Shown here: piece by piece, positions 1-9,362 of the stretch
Position numbering within the stretch: position 1 is the first letter of the stretch
How the letters are laid out: each line of letters begins with the position of its first letter
From: an uncultured Collinsella sp.
GTDB lineage: Bacteria; Actinomycetota; Coriobacteriia; Coriobacteriales; Coriobacteriaceae
DNA length: 64,000 nucleotides
Direction of reading: 5' to 3'
Assembly (NCBI GenBank): GCA_937896835.1
Contig: CALBOJ010000075.1
Span: forward strand, 5,903-69,902
The notes under the pieces: generated by a model
Databases searched by the model: none
Told to the model about the DNA's origin: nothing
Seen by the model: the letters and a program-made list of their open reading frames with translations, nothing else
Program-made: the position numbers and the translations under genes

Positions 1-2
1 TG

Positions 3-1067
3 CTCGACGCCGGCAAGGACACGCTGTCGCTGGTGCCGTTTTTGTTGGTGACGTATCTTGCTCTCGAGACACTTGAGCACGTTGCGGGCGACCGCGTCAA
101 CGGCGCTATCAAGCGCGCCGGCGCTGCGGGTCCCGTGGTTGGCTCGCTGCTGGGCATGGTGCCGCAGTGCGGATTTTCGGCCATGGCAGCAACGCTGTAC
201 GCCGGCCGTGTCGTGACCTTGGGCACGTTGGTGGCGGTGTTCCTTTCGACCTCCGATGAGATGCTGCCGCTGTTGCTCGCCGAGCAGGTGCCCGTGCAGA
301 CCATGGCGATGCTTTTGGCTTCGAAGGCACTGATCGCGCTGGTCACGGGCTTTATCGTGGACGCCGCCATTCGCGGCCTGCGTCGTAACGCTCGCGCGCA
401 TGCGGCGATTCGCCGCACCGTGCTGGGAACCGCGGCCAACCCGGCCCACGTGAATTGCGCGCACGACGACCACACTGGCGGTGACATCATCGACGAGGTG
501 GCCGAGGCGGGCGTGAGCGCCGACCACATCCACGAGCTGTGCGAGCGCGACCATTGCGGTTGTGATGAAGACGAGGACGAGCACGAACACGGACATGGCC
601 ACGATCACGGTCATGAGGGCGAATATGAACACCATGATGGTCACGGTCACTCCCATTCCCACGAAGGGACGCCTGTCCTGTCGATTATCCGCAGCGCCAT
701 CTCCCACACCGTGCAGGTATCGGTATTCATTTTCCTGGTGACGCTGATTCTGGTTGCCGTGCTCGAGACGTTCGGCGAGTCCGCAATCGAGCAGTTCCTG
801 CGCGGCAACGAGACGCTTGCGGTCCTGGGCTCGGCACTCGTCGGCCTGATCCCCAACTGCTCGGCCAGCGTCGTCATCACGCAACTGTACCTGGAAGGCG
901 CGCTGCAGCTGGCCCCGATGCTCGCCGGCACGCTCATTTCCGCCGGCGTGGGTTATCTGGTGCTGTTCCGCACCAACCGCAGCGCCCGCGAAAATGCCGT
1001 GTTCCTGATCATGATGTACGTCATCGGCGCTGGCTGGGGCCTTATCCTTTCCGCCTTTGGGTTCTAA
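3..1067 (+). CDS. Putative 10-TM heavy-metal exporter (ArsP_2-like permease), 5' end probably outside the window
   Basis: ORF 33..1067, and the frame stays open to the window edge. Two multi-TM halves are separated by a His/Asp/Glu-rich loop (DEDEDEHEHGHGHDHGHEGEYEHHDGHGHSHSHE). The family call is from memory of the GMVPQCGFS-type N-terminal motif. Confidence 0.55.
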   Translation, partial: LDAGKDTLSLVPFLLVTYLALETLEHVAGDRVNGAIKRAGAAGPVVGSLLGMVPQCGFSAMAATLYAGRVVTLGTLVAVFLSTSDEMLPLLLAEQVPVQTMAMLLASKALIALVTGFIVDAAIRGLRRNARAHAAIRRTVLGTAANPAHVNCAHDDHTGGDIIDEVAEAGVSADHIHELCERDHCGCDEDEDEHEHGHGHDHGHEGEYEHHDGHGHSHSHEGTPVLSIIRSAISHTVQVSVFIFLVTLILVAVLETFGESAIEQFLRGNETLAVLGSALVGLIPNCSASVVITQLYLEGALQLAPMLAGTLISAGVGYLVLFRTNRSARENAVFLIMMYVIGAGWGLILSAFGF

Positions 1068-1160
1068 GTGGATGTTTGGGGCATGCCGTAAAACTAGGAC
1101 ATGCCATAAATTCCACCGCCATGACCTGGGCGTTGGATGCGCGTCAATCGGCAAAACAAA

Positions 1161-1197
1161 AAGGTAGATTTTTAGGCATGTCCCAAAAATCTACCTT
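1161..1197. terminator. AT-rich 13-bp-stem hairpin between convergent genes (bidirectional terminator candidate)
   Basis: aaggtagattttt / aaaaatctacctt flank an 11-nt loop, between the stop at 1067 (+) and the stop at 1200 (-). Confidence 0.6.
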
Positions 1198-1199
1198 GG

Positions 1200-1682
1200 T
1201 TAGTGCAGCAACTCGGTGAGGTTGCGTTTAAAGCGGACACGGTCTTCGCTGGTAAATGCCGCCGGTCCGCGAGTGCGTCCGCCGGTGCGGCGTACCTTCT
1301 TTTCCTCGTGGCGAATAAACAGCTGCATGTCGATAGTCGCCTTGTCGTACACGCGCCCGCGCACACCGATGGCGGCGGCATCGCGCCCGAGCACCATGCT
1401 CGCCAAGCCAATGTCCTGCGTCACGACCACGTCGCCCGCCTGCAGGCGTTCGACAATGGCAAAGTCGGCGCTGTCGGCGCCCACGCTCACGTCGAGCGTC
1501 GTGACCCAAAAGCCGCGTCGCGCGTGCTCGGCATCGCGCGGGTCGTCGCGGCGAATGTGCCGTTCCAGGTTTTGCGTGCTGTTGCCGGCGATAACAACGG
1601 CGACGCCCGCCCGCCGCGCGCAGTCAATCGACTCGCGCGTGACCGGGCAGGCGTCTGCATCAATAAAGAGCGTTCGTGGCAT
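1200..1682 (-). CDS. YaiI/YqxD family protein (UPF0178/DUF188)
   Basis: 160 aa. The N-terminus LFIDADACPV is typical of UPF0178. Its start abuts the stop of the upstream gene (1683). Confidence 0.75.
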   Translation of the reverse strand: MPRTLFIDADACPVTRESIDCARRAGVAVVIAGNSTQNLERHIRRDDPRDAEHARRGFWVTTLDVSVGADSADFAIVERLQAGDVVVTQDIGLASMVLGRDAAAIGVRGRVYDKATIDMQLFIRHEEKKVRRTGGRTRGPAAFTSEDRVRFKRNLTELLH

Positions 1683-2285
1683 CTAGCGCACCAGTTTGCC
1701 AAATTGAATAGCGCGAACAATCAGCGTTACGCCAAACACCAGCAGCGCGGCGCCGCTAAAGATGACGAGCATCTTGGCCGACCACAGCGGATAGATAAAC
1801 ACGAACATGCCGGCGATGATGGAAAGTGCGCCGCTCAGGATGGCGAGGGCGCGGTTGGACGAAAGCTCGGACTCCAGAATGGACATGACACCTTCGACAA
1901 TCCAGTCAAAGCCGGCCACGATAACCACCATCGTGGTGAGCGTCGCGGTCGAGAAGGCCTGGTTGCGCAGGATTATGACGCCGCCCAAGATAATGAGTAG
2001 GTTGGAGATGATGCTCGTCACGCGCCAGCCGGTGGGCAGCAGCGGCTCAAAAATGGCAGTGAACAGTCTGATGGCAGCAGTGATTACAAAGTAAAAACCC
2101 AGGACGGTCGTCAAAAAGACGAGGGACTTGGCGGGTGCAAAAAGCAGCGCGATACCAGCAATGAGTGCTAAGACGCCCGTGATGGCGTAGATCCAGCGTA
2201 CGGCCTTGACGGCTTTGCCCGCCATGCTTTTCTCGTCAAATCCAAACTGGCTCGATTTTTGGTCATCGTTCTTAAAGATGCCCAT
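1683..2285 (-). CDS. HdeD-family (DUF308) membrane protein
   Basis: The ATG at 2285 is preceded by GGAGA. The protein is repetitive with 6 TM segments, a DUF308-like pattern. The longer 233-aa ORF extension lacks an RBS. Confidence 0.65.
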   Translation of the reverse strand: MGIFKNDDQKSSQFGFDEKSMAGKAVKAVRWIYAITGVLALIAGIALLFAPAKSLVFLTTVLGFYFVITAAIRLFTAIFEPLLPTGWRVTSIISNLLIILGGVIILRNQAFSTATLTTMVVIVAGFDWIVEGVMSILESELSSNRALAILSGALSIIAGMFVFIYPLWSAKMLVIFSGAALLVFGVTLIVRAIQFGKLVR

Positions 2286-2549
2286 AATGTCTCCTTTCCG
2301 TGTGGTGTACGTCGCGTTCATTGCTCTCCGTGTGGCGTACGCCAAAAGTGCTGCAACAAGTATCGCCCAAGGGCGCCGATGCATGGGGCGGGAAGGACGA
2401 ATTGCCGCCCCACATTCCCGAATCGTTACTTTTGTTCCCGCTTCAGTGAGGATTAATCAACAGCTGTAGAACATTACGCCGCTGTATGTAATTGCCTACG
2501 TTTTAGGTTAGATTTTCCTAAGGACAATTGGCTTGTATTGGGGGTCCCT

Positions 2550-3221
2550 ATGAACGAAGCAGTTCCCGCGGCGCCGGTAAGCGCAGAATCGATGGCAAAG
2601 CAGGGTTGCGAAAAGCTCGGCTTGGACGCGTTTGATGCGCTGGTCCGTCGTGCCCGTACGTGCCGCCGTTTTGACGAGTCTATGCGCGTGCCGCGCGAGT
2701 TTTTGCTTGAGCTGGCGGAGCTGGCGCACCTGACCCCGTGTGGTGCCAATGCTCAGCGTCTTCGTTTTCATGTGGTGAGCGGTGCCGAGGATTGCGTGCG
2801 TGTATTTGATGAGCTTGCATGGGCCGGCGCGTTTAAGGATTGGCCGGGTCCTGCCGAGGGCGAGCGCCCGACCGGCTATATCGCGATTCTGGCCGAGCGC
2901 GCCGTTCCGGGCAAGCCTGCCGCTCCCATTACCGAGGTCGACACGGGCATTGCCGCGCAGACGATGATGCTCGCCGCCCGCAGCGCCACGCCCGAGGTGG
3001 CAGCCTGCATGTTCAAGGCCTTTACGCCCCCCGCGATCGAAGCCATGGGGCTCAATAACGACAAGTATGAGCTCAAGCTGATCATGGCGTTTGGCGTTCC
3101 GGCCGAGACACAGGTGATCGATGCGATCGATTCCAACCCCGACGGCTCCATCAATTATTGGCGCGACGAGGCGCAGGTGCACCACGTACCCAAGCGTCCG
3201 CTTGCCGACGTGCTGCTGTAG
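2550..3221 (+). CDS. Nitroreductase family protein
   Basis: RRFDES...LTPCGANAQRLRF is a nitroreductase-like signature. Start ATG at 2550, with an alternative TTG at 2538. Confidence 0.7.
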   Translation: MNEAVPAAPVSAESMAKQGCEKLGLDAFDALVRRARTCRRFDESMRVPREFLLELAELAHLTPCGANAQRLRFHVVSGAEDCVRVFDELAWAGAFKDWPGPAEGERPTGYIAILAERAVPGKPAAPITEVDTGIAAQTMMLAARSATPEVAACMFKAFTPPAIEAMGLNNDKYELKLIMAFGVPAETQVIDAIDSNPDGSINYWRDEAQVHHVPKRPLADVLL

Positions 3222-3251
3222 TTGTGCGTCGTTGCGGTGCAATCCGGCGGC

Positions 3252-3290
3252 AAAATCACCACAAAGGCTCCTGTCCCCTTTGTGGTGGTA
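3252..3290. terminator. Family-A palindromic hairpin repeat (terminator-like), diverged copy
   Basis: aaaatcaccacaaaggctcctgtcccctttgtggtggta, directly after the nitroreductase stop. Confidence 0.7.
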
Positions 3291-3304
3291 CGAGGGGAGG
3301 GTGT

Positions 3305-3847
3305 GTGGCAGATCTGTATTTGGTGCGGCATGGGCAGACTGAGCTCAATGTGCAGAGCATTTTGCAGGGCTGGCACGATTCGCCGCTTACGGCGCGCGGG
3401 CGCGAGCAGGCGCTGACGGCGCGTACGGCGTTTGCGGCGCGTGGCGTGGCCTTTGATCATGTGTATTCCTCGCCGTTGGGCCGGGCGCGGCATACGGCCG
3501 AGCTTATCGTTGGCGAGGGCCGTTCCATTGAGCTGGTCGATGACCTGCGTGAGTGGCATTTTGGCTCGCTGGAGGGCACATCAAATCGCGAGATGCCGCC
3601 GCAGCCCTGGGGCGATTATCCTGTTGCCTTTGGCGGCGAGTCGGAAGTGCAGCTTCAGTCGCGCATGGTCGCGGCGCTGTCCCGCATCATGGCCAGGCCG
3701 CAGCACGACTGCGTGCTGGCGGTTTCCCATGGCTCAGCCTGCCAGGAGTTTCTTGAGTATGTGACTGGCGGGGGAGAGCTGCCCGACAACGGTGCCGTGC
3801 TTCATTTTGGCTATTGCGACGGGGCGTTTTCGCTTTTGGGTTGGTAA
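3305..3847 (+). CDS. Histidine phosphatase family protein (phosphoglycerate-mutase-like)
   Basis: A GTG start follows GAGGGGAGG. The LYLVRHGQTELN catalytic RHG motif is near the N-terminus, and SHG occurs near the C-terminus. Confidence 0.8.
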   Translation: MADLYLVRHGQTELNVQSILQGWHDSPLTARGREQALTARTAFAARGVAFDHVYSSPLGRARHTAELIVGEGRSIELVDDLREWHFGSLEGTSNREMPPQPWGDYPVAFGGESEVQLQSRMVAALSRIMARPQHDCVLAVSHGSACQEFLEYVTGGGELPDNGAVLHFGYCDGAFSLLGW

Positions 3848-3864
3848 CGAACGAAAGGACCCCT

Positions 3865-4500
3865 ATGAATAAAGATCTGTATCTGGTCCGTCATGGACAG
3901 ACGATATTCAACCTTAAGCGTATCATTCAGGGGTGGAGTGATTCGCCGCTTACGCAGTTGGGTTGCGACCAGGCGGCGCGCGCCGGCATGTTTTTACGTG
4001 CGCGCGGCATTGAGCCCAATCATGCCTACACCTCTACGCTTCATCGCACCGAGCAGACTATCGCCAACTTGTGGCCGGGCTTGGCGTACGAGCGCCTGGA
4101 CGGCCTGCGTGAGTGGTTCTTTGGCGACTTTGAGGCCGAGCGCGTGATGCTTATGCCCGAGCGCCCGTGGCGCGACTTCTATCGGCAGTTTGGCGGCGAG
4201 GGCCAGATCCAGGTGCGCACGCGCATGGTGGCGACGCTGACCGATCTTATGCAGCGTCCGGACCATACGTGCGTGCTCGCGGTAAGTCATGGCTCAGCTA
4301 TCAAGGAGTTTTTGGACCACGTGCGGGGCGCGGCGGCCGACGAGCGCGAACGCGTGCCGGGCAACTGCTCAGTGCTGCATTTTGCGTTTGACGATGCGGC
4401 CGATACGTTTGAACTGGTCGAAGTCTTTACGCAGGAAGACTACGCGCGCGAGCTGGGGCTTGAACCGCTGGTGGCGACAGCGGGTCCGCGACGCGGGTAG
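3865..4500 (+). CDS. Histidine phosphatase family protein (tandem paralogue)
   Basis: MNKDLYLVRHGQTIFN. Same architecture as the preceding gene. The ATG at 3865 follows GAAAGGA. Confidence 0.8.
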   Translation: MNKDLYLVRHGQTIFNLKRIIQGWSDSPLTQLGCDQAARAGMFLRARGIEPNHAYTSTLHRTEQTIANLWPGLAYERLDGLREWFFGDFEAERVMLMPERPWRDFYRQFGGEGQIQVRTRMVATLTDLMQRPDHTCVLAVSHGSAIKEFLDHVRGAAADERERVPGNCSVLHFAFDDAADTFELVEVFTQEDYARELGLEPLVATAGPRRG

Positions 4501-4631
4501 CGTGGGTGTGGCGACGCAGGTCGCCGACATAATTGCTCCATGCGAAAGGGGCGGGGATGCATGTGCATGTATTGCATTCCCGCCCCCTGTTTGTTGAGCT
4601 GCCGATTTTTGTGCTGGGCGGTCTGGTCTTG

Positions 4632-5315
4632 CTAGAACCGCGCGACCTGGTGGGTGAGCAGGCCCATCGGGACCCGCTGCGCGGCGCCGCTGACCTGCGC
4701 GGCGGGGAAGAGCACGGCAACGGTAAAGTTGAACGGCTCCTTGCCGGTGTACGTTCCGGCGGCACGGGCCTCATCGGCTAGCAGCTGCGACGCCCCGGTC
4801 AGAGCGGCGGCGTAGGCGGGGTCGTCGGCCAGTGCCGGCTCCGGTGCTTGGTCGAGCATAGCGCGGATGGCCCCGACGGCGTCCTCGCGCTTGACCTCCC
4901 ACACGCGATGTGTGATGCCCGCGGGATCGGTGACGGCGTAGAGCGATGCGCCCTCTTTGGCAGCGCTCAAAATGATATCCATGACGGGCGACGCCTCGTA
5001 GGCGAGCGACACGGGGCGCGGCTGAACTTTGAGTTCGGCGATCGCGTGCGCAGCGGCGGCCACGTCAGCGCTGGCATCGCCCTTGCCGCCCGCAAGTACC
5101 CTCGTCGGGCAAATCGCCACGACGCCCGTCACGCGACCCGGCTCACCCGAGCATTCGTACACGTAATACGCCGCGCCTGGATCCTTGAGCATTAGGCCGT
5201 CAGCAATGGCGCCGCGCAGGGCGTCGTTGCCGCTCAGGATACCGCCCATCGCAGGCAGCGCCTCGAGCACACGGTCCTGAGCCGGGCGGATGCAGGGAAA
5301 CGGAAGTGCTTTCAT
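4632..5315 (-). CDS. Hypothetical protein, short and degenerate DUF1015-like
   Basis: 227 aa. The N-terminal PFPCIRPA and the later ...HRVWEV... resemble DUF1015, but the usual ADGHHR motif is replaced by ALADDPAY. Weak call. Confidence 0.35.
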   Translation of the reverse strand: MKALPFPCIRPAQDRVLEALPAMGGILSGNDALRGAIADGLMLKDPGAAYYVYECSGEPGRVTGVVAICPTRVLAGGKGDASADVAAAAHAIAELKVQPRPVSLAYEASPVMDIILSAAKEGASLYAVTDPAGITHRVWEVKREDAVGAIRAMLDQAPEPALADDPAYAAALTGASQLLADEARAAGTYTGKEPFNFTVAVLFPAAQVSGAAQRVPMGLLTHQVARF

Positions 5316-5354
5316 GGGCGGTCCTAACGCGCGAGTCGGTTTGTTCGCGGCTTA

Positions 5355-6605
5355 TTATGCCCCAACTTGGCCGTTCGCGTCCCAGAGCACGTTATCGGCG
5401 AGCGCGATTAGCACCTGCTGACAACGATTGATATCGGCGTGGGGCACATACTCGTTGGGCTTGTGCGCGAGCGCGAGCGATCCGGGGCCGTAGCTCATAC
5501 AGTTGCGGTTGCCCGTCTTGCCGGCAATGACGGCGGTATCGGTGTAGCCGGTAAAGAAGCCGACGGTCGTGTCCGCGTCCGTTACGTCATCGGCGGCACG
5601 CTTGAGCGCTGCTAGAAGGGGAGAGTTCGGGTCGCGCTCGATGGCGGGGCGGTCGCCCGTCACGGTGTAGCTGCCATGGCAACCGGGAACGGCGGCTTCG
5701 GCGACGGCGATGGCATGCTCGACCATATTGATTGCGGCGGCCGTATCGGTCGGCGGGGTCAGACGCATGTCGACCCAGACTTTGGCGCGGTCGGGTACGA
5801 CGTAGGGGCGATATCCGCCCTCGATTTGGCCAAACGTGATGGTCGAAGGCCCCAGCTCATCGTGCGCGGGCAGCGCCGCAAACGCGCGACGAAGCGAACA
5901 CACGACCTCGGCCATGGCGGCGACGGCATCCGCGCCCTTCCAAGGCTGGCTCGCATGCGCCGTCACGCCAGCCATTTCAATCTCGAACCACGTACGCCCC
6001 TTGTGCGCCACCTGGATCTGCCCGTCGGTGGGCTCGGTGTCCAGCACCCATTCGCGCGAGCCGACCCAGCCGGCATTGATGGCCGCCTCGGAGCCGCGCA
6101 TAAAGTCTTCCTCGTCGACCGAGCAGATGAGCGAAAAGCCGCGGCGTGGCAGCGCGCCATCCGCCGCCACGCGCTCGAGCGTATGGACCAGTGCGGCAAT
6201 GGCGCAGGCCAGGCCACCCTTCATATCGCAGGCACCGCGGCCATAGAGTTTATCGTCGCGCACAACCGCCCCAAGCGGTGCGATGTCTGCGTCCCAGCCA
6301 TCGCCCAAGGTGACGGTATCCATGTGGCAGATATAGACCAGCCGCGGCTCGTCGCTTTGGCCCGGCACGGTGACTTTAAGGTTGCGGCGCCCGGGCAGCA
6401 CTTCGAGCTCCTCAATCTGCACGGCATCGAGCGCAGAACTATCAAGTTGTGCCAGCTGCTGCTCAATGAGCCTCTTAATGAAGCGCTCAATTTCATCCTC
6501 ATACGCGCCCGGGTCTGAGCTGTCGATCCGCACGAGTCCTTGCGTAAGCCGCCAGGCAAAGTCCTCATCAACCATATGCAACCTCACAATCAGTTTGCTT
6601 TCCAA
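5355..6605 (-). CDS. M20 family metallopeptidase (ArgE/DapE-like deacylase)
   Basis: ICHMDTV and GRGACDMKGG motifs. TTG start at 6605, or ATG at 6575 with GAGG upstream. Confidence 0.8.
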   Translation of the reverse strand: MESKLIVRLHMVDEDFAWRLTQGLVRIDSSDPGAYEDEIERFIKRLIEQQLAQLDSSALDAVQIEELEVLPGRRNLKVTVPGQSDEPRLVYICHMDTVTLGDGWDADIAPLGAVVRDDKLYGRGACDMKGGLACAIAALVHTLERVAADGALPRRGFSLICSVDEEDFMRGSEAAINAGWVGSREWVLDTEPTDGQIQVAHKGRTWFEIEMAGVTAHASQPWKGADAVAAMAEVVCSLRRAFAALPAHDELGPSTITFGQIEGGYRPYVVPDRAKVWVDMRLTPPTDTAAAINMVEHAIAVAEAAVPGCHGSYTVTGDRPAIERDPNSPLLAALKRAADDVTDADTTVGFFTGYTDTAVIAGKTGNRNCMSYGPGSLALAHKPNEYVPHADINRCQQVLIALADNVLWDANGQVGA

Positions 6606-6729
6606 ACCGATTGTAAGCCTCCTGAGAGATCCGCGACGTGGGCGTGGCAGTATTTACCGTTCGCAGGCCGAGCCAGCGCGTTTGCCGTCCGAGCGGGTTC
6701 ACAAGCGACGCAGCGGGTACGTACCCTTC

Positions 6730-7779
6730 ATGGACGACATGCTGTGCGACATATCTGCCTTTCGGTATCACCGGATACCTCCACAGGTCTTGGCAATAAT
6801 GCCGGACCTGCCCGATTCTGCGGACGATCCGCGCAGGGAGCACCTATGTGAGCATCCGCTCGTCACGCATTTCCTGGGCACCCCGTTACACGTGTTGGCG
6901 CAGGGCAGCTGCGGACGTAAGGGCGATCGCATTGTCAGGCATGTTTGGAACGGGGAGAGGCCGTTTGATTCCGTGCGGCAGACGGAGTTTGGCCTCGATG
7001 TTGCGTCCCCACTCTTTACCCTGCTGACCCTGGCTTCCTCGGTCTCAAACGAGCGTCTAATCATGTGCATGTATGAGATGTGCGGCACCTTTGCCGTGTG
7101 CAAGATTGCACCTCAGGTAAAGTCGGCACTTGAGCAGGCATACGGGGGCCGGTGGGGTGACGCACGGTCGGGCTGGGAAAACGTAAAGGATGTCTCGGGG
7201 AATCCAACGGACTTGTGGAAACGACCTCCCTTGATCGAGCTCTCTGAGCTTACAGAGTTCGTCGATAAGGTCCGGGGGCTCCGCGGCGCTAAATCGTTCA
7301 TACGAGCCGCGAAATGCATTACGGGGGTGGCAGCATCGCCGCTCGAGGTCCAGGCTTCGATGCTGTTTGGCCTTACGAGGTTGCGCGGCGGCGAAGGGCT
7401 GAGCCTTACCAATAACGTTGAGATTCGTATGACGCGCAGCGCCCGCCTGATTTCGGGGCTTGATAGGCGCTATGCCGATATCCTGCTGGCAAATAAGGAC
7501 GGCAGCAGAGAGTGTCTGGTTGAATGCCAAGGTAAAGCCATTCACGGATCCATAGAATCCAAGATTTCGGACTCCGATCGAACGACGGCGCTGCAAGCGA
7601 TGGGATATCCCGTCATTCTGATGACCTATGGTCAGCTGGCCGACTCCGATGCCTTCCGCGTGGTGATGGAGCTCATCATGGCCTATCTCGATGTGCCGCT
7701 GAAAGACAAGACGCCGCGACAGCAGGAGCTCGAACGGCGGCTTCGTGAGGAGATTTTTATCGATTGGGCAGGAATGTAG
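6730..7779 (+). CDS. Hypothetical protein with a possible C-terminal DUF559/PD-(D/E)XK-like nuclease fold
   Basis: ATG at 6730; the longer ORF overlaps the M20 gene on the antisense strand. The C-terminal pattern YADILL...ECLVECQGKAIHG resembles DUF559-type endonuclease-like domains. This is a weak call made by eye. Confidence 0.3.
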   Translation: MDDMLCDISAFRYHRIPPQVLAIMPDLPDSADDPRREHLCEHPLVTHFLGTPLHVLAQGSCGRKGDRIVRHVWNGERPFDSVRQTEFGLDVASPLFTLLTLASSVSNERLIMCMYEMCGTFAVCKIAPQVKSALEQAYGGRWGDARSGWENVKDVSGNPTDLWKRPPLIELSELTEFVDKVRGLRGAKSFIRAAKCITGVAASPLEVQASMLFGLTRLRGGEGLSLTNNVEIRMTRSARLISGLDRRYADILLANKDGSRECLVECQGKAIHGSIESKISDSDRTTALQAMGYPVILMTYGQLADSDAFRVVMELIMAYLDVPLKDKTPRQQELERRLREEIFIDWAGM

Positions 7780-7854
7780 CCGCGCGGGTGGAAAACGGTC
7801 GCGCGGACTAGAGTTTTATGTCACAAAAAGACTTATATTTCGCCTTGGAGGGGC

Positions 7855-8039
7855 CTTAAAAATGCTATCTAGAATAAGTTGTTTCGGAAAATGGACAGTC
7901 AACTTACATTCGGCACATAGAGATCGATTTTTACCTACTAAAGTCCCTGATAAAGCTGTTTATCAAAGCGGGTGTGCTTAGCGACTTGAGCCTCACTATC
8001 GATTATCTGAAAAAACTTATTCTGGGTATCATTTTAAAG
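7855..8039. repeat. Imperfect 26-bp inverted-repeat pair enclosing 133 bp of AT-rich DNA (MITE-like or large stem-loop)
   Basis: cttaaaaatgctatctagaataagtt (7855-7880) against the reverse complement of aacttattctgggtatcattttaaag (8014-8039). 22 of 26 positions match by hand alignment. Confidence 0.6.
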
Positions 8040-8054
8040 TCGTCCGGAGCAACA

Positions 8055-8088
8055 AAATCGGCCCCCGTTTCGTGAAAACGGGGGCCGA
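8055..8088 (-). terminator. Intrinsic terminator downstream of serA
   Basis: The hairpin cggcccccgttt...aaacgggggccg is followed on the minus strand by TTTT. Confidence 0.8.
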
Positions 8089-8127
8089 ATGGGCTTCATG
8101 GCCTGCCTGGCAGGCTTGGCACCGGCG

Positions 8128-9291
8128 CTATTTGATCACACGCACGCGATACATCGACGGAATCTGCTTGAGAGCCTCGATGGTGCTGCTGTCCAGGTGC
8201 TCGTCGGTGTCGAACATAGTGTAGGCGTTCTCGCCAGCGGACTCGTTGGTCATGCGCTGCACGTTGGCGTTGTCCTTGGCGAGAATGGCCGTGATCTGGC
8301 CGATCATGTTGGGCACGTTGGCATGCAGGCAGGCAATGCGGCTTGCGGCGCGCGCCTTGCCCATGCTGCAGGCGGGGTAGTTGACGCTGTGCGCGATGTT
8401 GCCGTTTTCCAGGTAATCCTTGAGCTCGCTGATGGCCATGTCGGCGCAGTTGGCCTCGGCCTCGCCGGTGCCGGCGCCCGAATGCGTGGTGATAAACGTG
8501 TTGGGCATCTTGACGGTCTTGGGCGTGGCAAAGTCGCAGCTAAACCAGCTGAGCTTGCCCTCGCGCAGGGCAGCGTCGACGGCGTCCTCGTCAATGATGG
8601 TTTCGCGCGCGTAGTTGATGAGCACGGCGTCGGGCGCCAGCAGGTCGATCTGCTCGGTGCTGATCATGCCGATGGTATCGGCCTTGCTGGGCACGTGCAC
8701 GGTGAGGTAGTCGCAGCCGCGGCAGAGGTCCTCGAGCGTGCCCACGCGCTGCACCTCGCGACTCAGCACCCATGCGTGCTCGACGGAAATGAACGGGTCG
8801 TAGCCGTAGACGTCCATGCCCAGGTCGACACAGGCGTTGGCGACCTTGGAGCCCACGTTGCCCAGGCCGATGACGCCGATACGCTTGCCCTTGAGCTCGC
8901 GGCCCACAAAGGCCTTCTTGGCCTTTTCGGCATCGACCTGAATCTCGGGGTCGTCGGCGTTGTCACGCACCCAGTTCATCGATTGCACCACGCCGCGGCT
9001 CGAGAGCACCAACATGCCCAGGACGAGCTCCTTGACGGCGTTGCTGTTGGCGCCGGGGGAGTTAAAGACGACGACGCCCTTCTTGGCATACTCCTCGACG
9101 GGGATATTGTTGACGCCGGCACCGCAGCGGGCGATGGCGCGAATGCCCTCGGGCAGTTCGTAGCCGTGCAGGTCGGTCGAGCGCATCAGGATGGCGTCGG
9201 CCTCCTCGGCGGTGCTTACAAACTCGTAGCCCTCGCCAAACTCGACTTTGCCGTCTTTGGTGATGTCGTCGATGGTTTTGATCTTGCGCAT
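8128..9291 (-). CDS. serA: D-3-phosphoglycerate dehydrogenase
   Basis: 387 aa. 2-hydroxyacid dehydrogenase fold with GVIGLGNVG NAD motif and an ACT-like C-terminus. Adjacent to serC. Confidence 0.85.
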   Translation of the reverse strand: MRKIKTIDDITKDGKVEFGEGYEFVSTAEEADAILMRSTDLHGYELPEGIRAIARCGAGVNNIPVEEYAKKGVVVFNSPGANSNAVKELVLGMLVLSSRGVVQSMNWVRDNADDPEIQVDAEKAKKAFVGRELKGKRIGVIGLGNVGSKVANACVDLGMDVYGYDPFISVEHAWVLSREVQRVGTLEDLCRGCDYLTVHVPSKADTIGMISTEQIDLLAPDAVLINYARETIIDEDAVDAALREGKLSWFSCDFATPKTVKMPNTFITTHSGAGTGEAEANCADMAISELKDYLENGNIAHSVNYPACSMGKARAASRIACLHANVPNMIGQITAILAKDNANVQRMTNESAGENAYTMFDTDEHLDSSTIEALKQIPSMYRVRVIK

Positions 9292-9362
9292 GGAAAACTC
9301 CTTAGCAGGTTTTGATCTATACAGGGTGGTCTGAGATGGCTGGTCGGCCCGCGCGTTGCGGG

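Noticed and set aside
7745-7981. 78-aa ORF in the AT-rich patch after the 349-aa gene
   Set aside because: It starts inside the preceding gene, has no SD, and runs across the left arm of the inverted repeat. It is more likely non-coding.
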